Shown here: positions 39,293 through 44,514 of the stretch, one piece after another
Position numbering within the stretch: the stretch's first letter is position 1
How the letters are laid out: each line of letters begins with the position of its first letter
Assembly (NCBI GenBank): GCA_022360615.1
Contig: JAKSCL010000048.1
Coordinates: 1-44,514 of the forward strand
From: Hyphomicrobiales bacterium
Lineage (GTDB): Bacteria; Pseudomonadota; Alphaproteobacteria; Rhizobiales; JAKSCL01
Length of the DNA stretch: 44,514 bases
Reading direction: 5' to 3'
Notes under the pieces: generated by a model
The model's input: only the letters and a program-made list of their open reading frames with translations
Database searches by the model: none
What the model was told of the DNA's origin: nothing
Translations under genes and position numbers: made by a program

Positions 39293-40552
39293 ATGCTCAA
39301 CTTCCTAAAAAGCGAAACACCTCCCACGCGCGGTCTCAACGGAAACCGGGCTTTCAACCAGGTGTCGCCCGAAGTGATGCGCGCAATGCTCGACCAGATG
39401 CCGATCAACGTGATGTTGGCCGATCCTGTCGACGCGACAATTTCTTTCATCAACGAGACGAGCAAAGCCACGCTCTCAACGCTCCGCGAACTCCTGCCAT
39501 CGGACGTCGACCCGCAGGCGATGGGCGGCGTTTCCATCGATGTTTTTCATAAACGTCCTCAACATCAGCGCAATATTCTGAGCGATCCTTCACGCCTGCC
39601 TCACCGCGCTAAGATCAAACTCGGCCCCGAGACCCTTGATCTCAAGATATCGGCCGTGCGGGACGGGGAAGGCAACTACATCGCGGCAATGCTCACCTGG
39701 TCGGTGATCACCGGCATAACCGACGCGATCCAATCCTTCGAGGGCCATGCGCAGAACGCGGTCGACCGCGTCAGCACGGCTGCCGGCCAGATGCAGGAAA
39801 CGGCAGAAAGCCTCATGCGGACAGCGGAAGAAACGACCATGAAGGCGACCGCCTCTGCTGCAGGTTCGGAGGAGGCGACTGTAAACGTCGAAAGCGTTGC
39901 CAACGCCACACAGGAGATGAATGCGTCCATCGGCGAAATCACCCGTCAGGTAAGCGAATCCACCCGGATCGCTTCGGAAGCTGTGGAAGCTGCGGCGCGC
40001 ACCCAGTCGACGGTGGAGACCTTGGCCAATGGCTCTGAAAAGATCGGGCAGATAATCGGCCTCATCCAGGACATCGCAAGTCAAACCAACCTTCTTGCCT
40101 TGAACGCGACCATCGAGGCGGCGCGCGCGGGTGAGGCAGGCCGCGGCTTCGCCGTCGTTGCCGCGGAGGTTAAGAACCTTGCCGAACAGACCACAAAGGC
40201 GACCGAGGACATCACCAGCCAGATCGGCAACGTTCAAGAAGCAACCCAGGAGGCGGTCGCGGCGATTGAGGAAATCAGCACGACCATCACCCGGATGAAT
40301 GAAGTGGCGGGTGCCATTTCAAGCGCCGTCGAAGAGCAAAGCGCCACAACGAATGAGATTGCCACGAATGTAAATGAGGCGGCGCTTGGTACGCGTGACG
40401 TCAGCTCAAACATGGCGCTTGTGCAGCAAGGTGCGACGGAAACGGGTGAATCGGCGCGCAATGTGGTGAGCGCCGCCGCCGATCTGACGGACAGCGCCGA
40501 GGACATGCGCGCACGGATCGAACGTTTCCTGGAAGAAGTGAAAGCGCTTTAG
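39293..40552 (+). CDS. Soluble methyl-accepting chemotaxis protein with an Aer2-like PAS domain
   Basis: No TM segment; PAS with [19 protein letters not shown] and LTWS; hairpin tip [34 protein letters not shown]. Confidence 0.92.
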   Translation: MLNFLKSETPPTRGLNGNRAFNQVSPEVMRAMLDQMPINVMLADPVDATISFINETSKATLSTLRELLPSDVDPQAMGGVSIDVFHKRPQHQRNILSDPSRLPHRAKIKLGPETLDLKISAVRDGEGNYIAAMLTWSVITGITDAIQSFEGHAQNAVDRVSTAAGQMQETAESLMRTAEETTMKATASAAGSEEATVNVESVANATQEMNASIGEITRQVSESTRIASEAVEAAARTQSTVETLANGSEKIGQIIGLIQDIASQTNLLALNATIEAARAGEAGRGFAVVAAEVKNLAEQTTKATEDITSQIGNVQEATQEAVAAIEEISTTITRMNEVAGAISSAVEEQSATTNEIATNVNEAALGTRDVSSNMALVQQGATETGESARNVVSAAADLTDSAEDMRARIERFLEEVKAL

Positions 40553-40581
40553 ACGCCTTCCCTTGGGAATGGTGCGCGCCG

Positions 40582-41409
40582 TCAAGACGTTGGGAACGCG
40601 CCCGCGCCAGTTGCCTCCAGCACACCGCCCAGACGCAGCGGCTGAATGCTGTGCGCCTTACCGCTGCCCGGTTCGAGATCGACCACGACCCCGCAGACCG
40701 ATCCCTCGCCCTTTCCAGGCTCCATCCGGCTTTCGGAAATGCGCCGGGTGAAGCGGTTGATGGGTTCGGTTTTTTCCATACCGATGACGGAATTGTAGTC
40801 GCCGCACATCCCGACATCGGTGATGAAGGCCGTGCCGCCGGAAAGCACACGGTGATCCGCAGTCGGCACATGGGTGTGAGTCCCAACGACAAGGGAAGCC
40901 CTGCCGTCGACGAAATAGCCGAAGGCCTGTTTTTCGGAAGACGCCTCGGCGTGGAAATCAATGATGATGGCGTCTGCCTCAGCGCCAAGCGTGCACATTT
41001 CAAGCACTTCGTTGACGGCGGCAAAGGGGTCATCGAGCGGTTCCATGAAGATACGGCCCATGGCGTTGATAACGAGCACGCGCTTGCCGGCGCTCGAAGT
41101 GAACTGCACCCAGCCGCGGCCGGGCGTGCCGCGTGGAAAATTGATGGGCCGCACCAGCGTCTCGGTGCGGTCGATATAGGTCAGCGTTTCCCGCTGGTCC
41201 CAGGCGTGGTTTCCGAGTGTGACCGCATCGACGCCGGCTTCCGTCAGCTCATTGAAGATGGCTTCGGTAATGCCGAAACCGCCAGCTGCATTCTCGCCGT
41301 TCGCGACGACGACGTCGGGCGCAAGCGACCGGCGCAATTCCGGCAAATGATCCGTCACCGCCTTTCGGCCGGAGCGGCCAACGACATCACCAAGGAACAA
41401 TATGCGCAT
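40582..41409 (-). CDS. ymdB: YmdB-like (TIGR00282) metallophosphoesterase
   Basis: LFLGDVVG, NGENAAGGFG, GNHAWD, DFHAEASSEK, GTHTHVPTAD. Confidence 0.93.
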   Translation of the reverse strand: MRILFLGDVVGRSGRKAVTDHLPELRRSLAPDVVVANGENAAGGFGITEAIFNELTEAGVDAVTLGNHAWDQRETLTYIDRTETLVRPINFPRGTPGRGWVQFTSSAGKRVLVINAMGRIFMEPLDDPFAAVNEVLEMCTLGAEADAIIIDFHAEASSEKQAFGYFVDGRASLVVGTHTHVPTADHRVLSGGTAFITDVGMCGDYNSVIGMEKTEPINRFTRRISESRMEPGKGEGSVCGVVVDLEPGSGKAHSIQPLRLGGVLEATGAGAFPTS

Positions 41410-41426
41410 GGAAAGTCCGAAGGAGC

Positions 41427-42029
41427 CTAGACTTGCACGAAAGACCTCAAACCCGTTTCCGTCACAACGGCATCGAGAGGTTGATCATGGGCGTCGACCG
41501 GGATGTCATCGCACTCCTGCACGGAAAAAGCGATCCCGATCGCCGTCACCGCGCCGATCTGGCGCAACCCGGCCAAGGCACGGTCGTAAAAGCCTTTCCC
41601 ATAGCCGATCCGGCCACCATGCCGATCGAAGGCGGCAAGCGGCACAAGCACGGTGCGCGGGTTCAAAACGGGCACGCCGTCCGGCGGCGCAAGCGTTCCA
41701 AAGCCCGCCTGCGCAAGCGCATCGCCCGGCTTCCACGAGAGAAAGGAAAGCGAATCGTCCGGCAGAATGCGGGGCAGGCAAATCGCTTCACCAGCAAGGG
41801 CCAATTCGGCCAAAAAAGGTTGAATGTCGGCTTCGCTGCGGATCGGCAGATAACCGGCCACAGGACCGCCCCAGGCTCCCCTTACACCGTTAAGGTGCGC
41901 GCAAATCGCATTCGACAACCGAACACGCTCGGTGGGCAGCAGCGCGTTACGGCCGGCGAGCGCCCTTTTGCGGAGCGCGTCTTTCGATGCGGTTGGGGGG
42001 AACGGAGTCAAACGGGAACCTTCGACCAT
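41427..42029 (-). CDS. ygfA: 5-formyltetrahydrofolate cyclo-ligase
   Basis: K..LRK, VPLAAFD..GGRIGYGKGFYDR, HDQPLD; directly downstream of 6S RNA. Confidence 0.95.
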   Translation of the reverse strand: MVEGSRLTPFPPTASKDALRKRALAGRNALLPTERVRLSNAICAHLNGVRGAWGGPVAGYLPIRSEADIQPFLAELALAGEAICLPRILPDDSLSFLSWKPGDALAQAGFGTLAPPDGVPVLNPRTVLVPLAAFDRHGGRIGYGKGFYDRALAGLRQIGAVTAIGIAFSVQECDDIPVDAHDQPLDAVVTETGLRSFVQV

Positions 42030-42040
42030 GCTGAATGAAA

Positions 42041-42199
42041 GCAGAGCCGCGGCGGCCGTTGGAAGCGACGATCCCGGGAACCTACAAATGTAGGTGGGCG
42101 CCGTATGGCCAGGCCCACAAGCCCGGTCAGGGACAGCTCCCGATAGGATCGGTAAGGCCCCGGGGATTGTTATGTTCCTGACGAACCGCGCAGCTCTGC
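42041..42199 (-). ncRNA. ssrS: 6S RNA
   Basis: About 160 nt closed by GCAGAGC/GCTCTGC, internal ATCCCCGGGGCCTTA...TTCCCGGGAT pairing; canonical zapA-6S-ygfA synteny. Confidence 0.93.
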
Positions 42200-42267
42200 A
42201 GCGTCAATATAGGACAGATCGCGGCCGCGCCACAGCCCGCAGTCGCAATCCGCCAATGCGAAGTCGT

Positions 42268-42657
42268 TTAACCGGCTTCATTCTTGGTTCTGGCGGCTTG
42301 GACACTGCCCAGCGTTTCATTCACCGCCTCGATCCGGGCAGCGGCATCGTTCAACTGGGCCGCCATGATCTGCTGATCGGCTTCCAACTGTTCGGAGGCG
42401 AAGGCTGTCGCATCCTTTTGCTCGGCAATCGACCCCGACAACGCGTTCAGCTTCTGGCGCATTTCAAAACGTTCATCAGCGATCAACAGCGCGGCCATGG
42501 CAAGAAGCCTCATATCGCCGACTTCGCCAAACATCTCCTTGAAGGTCTCGATGTGGTTGTTGACCTCGGCGCACAGGCCGAGAAGGTGGTTCTCCTGGCC
42601 GTCATCGCAACCCATTCGAAAACTATGACCGTTGATCGTCACACTGACTTGCGCCAC
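42268..42657 (-). CDS. zapA: Cell division protein ZapA
   Basis: MAQVSVTING.SFRMGC.DGQE.HL, GD.RLL.MAALLIADE. Confidence 0.93.
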   Translation of the reverse strand: MAQVSVTINGHSFRMGCDDGQENHLLGLCAEVNNHIETFKEMFGEVGDMRLLAMAALLIADERFEMRQKLNALSGSIAEQKDATAFASEQLEADQQIMAAQLNDAAARIEAVNETLGSVQAARTKNEAG

Positions 42658-42681
42658 TGCAGCCTCCGCTTACCTCAAACT

Positions 42682-43008
42682 TCAACGTGGCTGACGGGAA
42701 AGCACCTGTTCAACCGCGGCAATCGCCTGGTCGACACGTTTCATCGCATTCGCGTTCGCATCCCGGAGCGTCCGGTTTTCGTCCGAAAGCTGATCGATCG
42801 TCTCAGCCATGCGCGCCCGGTCGGTTTCCAATTGCTGGATCTGGATTTCCAACTGTTCGGCCGATTTAACCGCGTGGCCGTACTTGCTTGTGAGCGCTTC
42901 AAGGGCTCGAAGTGCCAGTTCAAGTCTTTGACTCGCCGCATTGACGCGTTCGCTTGACGCCCCTTGACCGGCTCCTTCCTGCGAAATTCCAGGAACCCCG
43001 TCCGCCAT
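42682..43008 (-). CDS. DUF4164 coiled-coil protein (ZapB/ZauP-like)
   Basis: Short coiled coil with DRARMAE.ID and R.D.AI..V..VL, immediately upstream of zapA. Confidence 0.75.
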   Translation of the reverse strand: MADGVPGISQEGAGQGASSERVNAASQRLELALRALEALTSKYGHAVKSAEQLEIQIQQLETDRARMAETIDQLSDENRTLRDANANAMKRVDQAIAAVEQVLSRQPR

Positions 43009-43347
43009 ACTTTCCCTAAACCGCACCTGTGACGCCAACGAACCCAACCCCGCCGTCGCGATTCTCACCTAACCTGCTAGAGGATGATACGCTATTGCGC
43101 ACGAAACAGAAGAGTAAACAGGCGGTTAATCCCCTTTGATGAAATCTTGTTCCACGGAGCGCGGCACAGGCCGCCGCGACCGTACGCAGCAGCCATATGG
43201 TTCCTCCGTTGACTTGGCCCCGCGTGGTGCTATTTCTCGCGCTCGCAATCAGCGGAAATGGTGAATACTCACAAGTCACACGCCGTTTCCACAAGCCCCC
43301 AACGATCAAAGCAGACGCAGGTTCTAAACCGGATGGCGAAAGCAGAT

Positions 43348-44514
43348 ATGGCCGCAACCTCCGGCCAATCGGACACGACCGACATGGACCCCGATATGGG
43401 GGACGAGGCAACGCGGCATCAACGCATGGCCTCGGCGATACGCGCCCTGTCGATGGATGCCGTTGAAGCGGCAAAAAGCGGCCACCCGGGCATGCCAATG
43501 GGCACGGCCGATATCGCGACCGTTCTGTTCAGCCGCTTTATGAAATTCGACCCCACTCAGCCCGATTGGCCGGACCGGGACCGCTTCGTCCTCTCGGCCG
43601 GCCACGGCTCGATGCTGCTCTACGCGCTGCTGCATCTGACGGGTTATAAGGACATCGACGCGGCGCAGATCCGCCGCTTCCGGCAGTTGAACAGCCGCAC
43701 GGCCGGGCATCCGGAGTTCGGGCACGCCGCCGGTATCGAAACGACGACCGGACCGTTGGGTCAGGGGCTCGGCAACGCCGTCGGCATGGCGCTCGCCGAA
43801 CGCATCCTCGCCGCCCGCTTCGGCGACGAACTGGTCGACCATTACACCTATGTCATCGTCGGCGACGGCGATCTGATGGAGGGCGTCAGCCACGAGGCGG
43901 CGTCCCTTGCCGGTCACGTGCGGCTGTCGAAGCTGATCGTGCTGTTCGACGACAACGAGATCTCCATCGACGGGCCGACCAGCCTGACGGTCAGCGACGA
44001 TCAGCAGGCGCGCTTCGCCGCCTGTGGCTGGGATGTCAGCGCCGTCGACGGTCATGATCCCGAGGCCGTGGCCGCCGCCATCGAGGCGGCGCTCGCCAGC
44101 GACCGGCCGTCGCTGATCGCCTGTCGCACCGAGATCGGCTTCGGCGCGCCGACCAAGGGCGGCACCGCGGCGACGCACGGCGCTCCGCTCGGCGAAGACG
44201 AGATCGCCGGCGCCCGCGCCAAGCTCGGCTGGTCGCATCCGCCGTTCGACGTGCCGGACGAGATCCGCGACGCCTGGCGGCAGTCCGCGGCGCGCGGCGA
44301 AGATACGCACGCGTCCTGGCGGCAGCGCTTTGACGCAGCCGACGCCGATATCCGCGCGGCGTTCGAGCGCGCGACCATCGGTGAACTGCCGGCCGAACTC
44401 GACACGGCGATTGCCGCGCACAAGCGCGGCCTGAGCGAGGCGACGCCGACCGTGGCGACGCGCGCCGCGTCAGGCGACGTGCTTGACGTGATCAATGCGG
44501 TCCTGCCGGAGACG
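43348..44514 (+). CDS. tkt: Transketolase, N-terminal part (runs off the right edge)
   Basis: Manual translation: [57 protein letters not shown]...DDN. The start could be 43333, 43348, 43384 or 43396. Confidence 0.96.
   Translation, partial: MAATSGQSDTTDMDPDMGDEATRHQRMASAIRALSMDAVEAAKSGHPGMPMGTADIATVLFSRFMKFDPTQPDWPDRDRFVLSAGHGSMLLYALLHLTGYKDIDAAQIRRFRQLNSRTAGHPEFGHAAGIETTTGPLGQGLGNAVGMALAERILAARFGDELVDHYTYVIVGDGDLMEGVSHEAASLAGHVRLSKLIVLFDDNEISIDGPTSLTVSDDQQARFAACGWDVSAVDGHDPEAVAAAIEAALASDRPSLIACRTEIGFGAPTKGGTAATHGAPLGEDEIAGARAKLGWSHPPFDVPDEIRDAWRQSAARGEDTHASWRQRFDAADADIRAAFERATIGELPAELDTAIAAHKRGLSEATPTVATRAASGDVLDVINAVLPET

Noticed and set aside
40582-43008. DUF4164-zapA-6S-ygfA-ymdB cluster as a novel system
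   Set aside because: Well-known conserved synteny in alphaproteobacteria.
43324-44421. 365-aa minus-strand ORF
   Set aside because: Antisense shadow of transketolase, which the ORF track missed because it runs off the window.

Overview
Core chromosomal segment of an alphaproteobacterium, most consistent with Hyphomicrobiales/Rhizobiales (about 60% GC by eye). Left to right: the 5' end of a hybrid-CheA chemotaxis operon (cheB'-cheY-cheW-cheA) behind chpT; a YHS protein, eipA-like DUF1134, a membrane-anchored coiled-coil protein, rluD, rpoH and a peroxiredoxin-like gene; an RgsA-like protein, purA, an EamA transporter and serA-serC with the serC leader RNA; an outer-membrane beta-barrel, glmM, ftsH and tilS; the full ybgC-tolQRAB-pal-cpoB cluster, two tandem metallophosphoesterases and ruvCAB; a cobalamin-riboswitch-controlled stand-alone CbiM-like gene and a TSUP exporter; yebC, a soluble PAS chemoreceptor, ymdB, ygfA, 6S RNA, zapA, DUF4164 and the 5' part of transketolase. 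I see no CRISPR array, prophage, transposase, tRNA/rRNA or defence island, and I cannot honestly identify a new multi-gene system. The best leads are small: an Aer2-type heme-PAS fused directly to a signalling domain, a solitary B12-regulated CbiM with an expanded riboswitch, a decayed SelA/DgaE-like pseudogene hidden in an intergenic gap, a covarying palindromic repeat family, several CtrA boxes, two divergent genes sharing one CATG, a Q/G/F hexapeptide repeat in CpoB, and an abrupt codon-usage switch inside tkt that may be a chimeric junction. All family assignments are from motif recognition and synteny, not from database searches.
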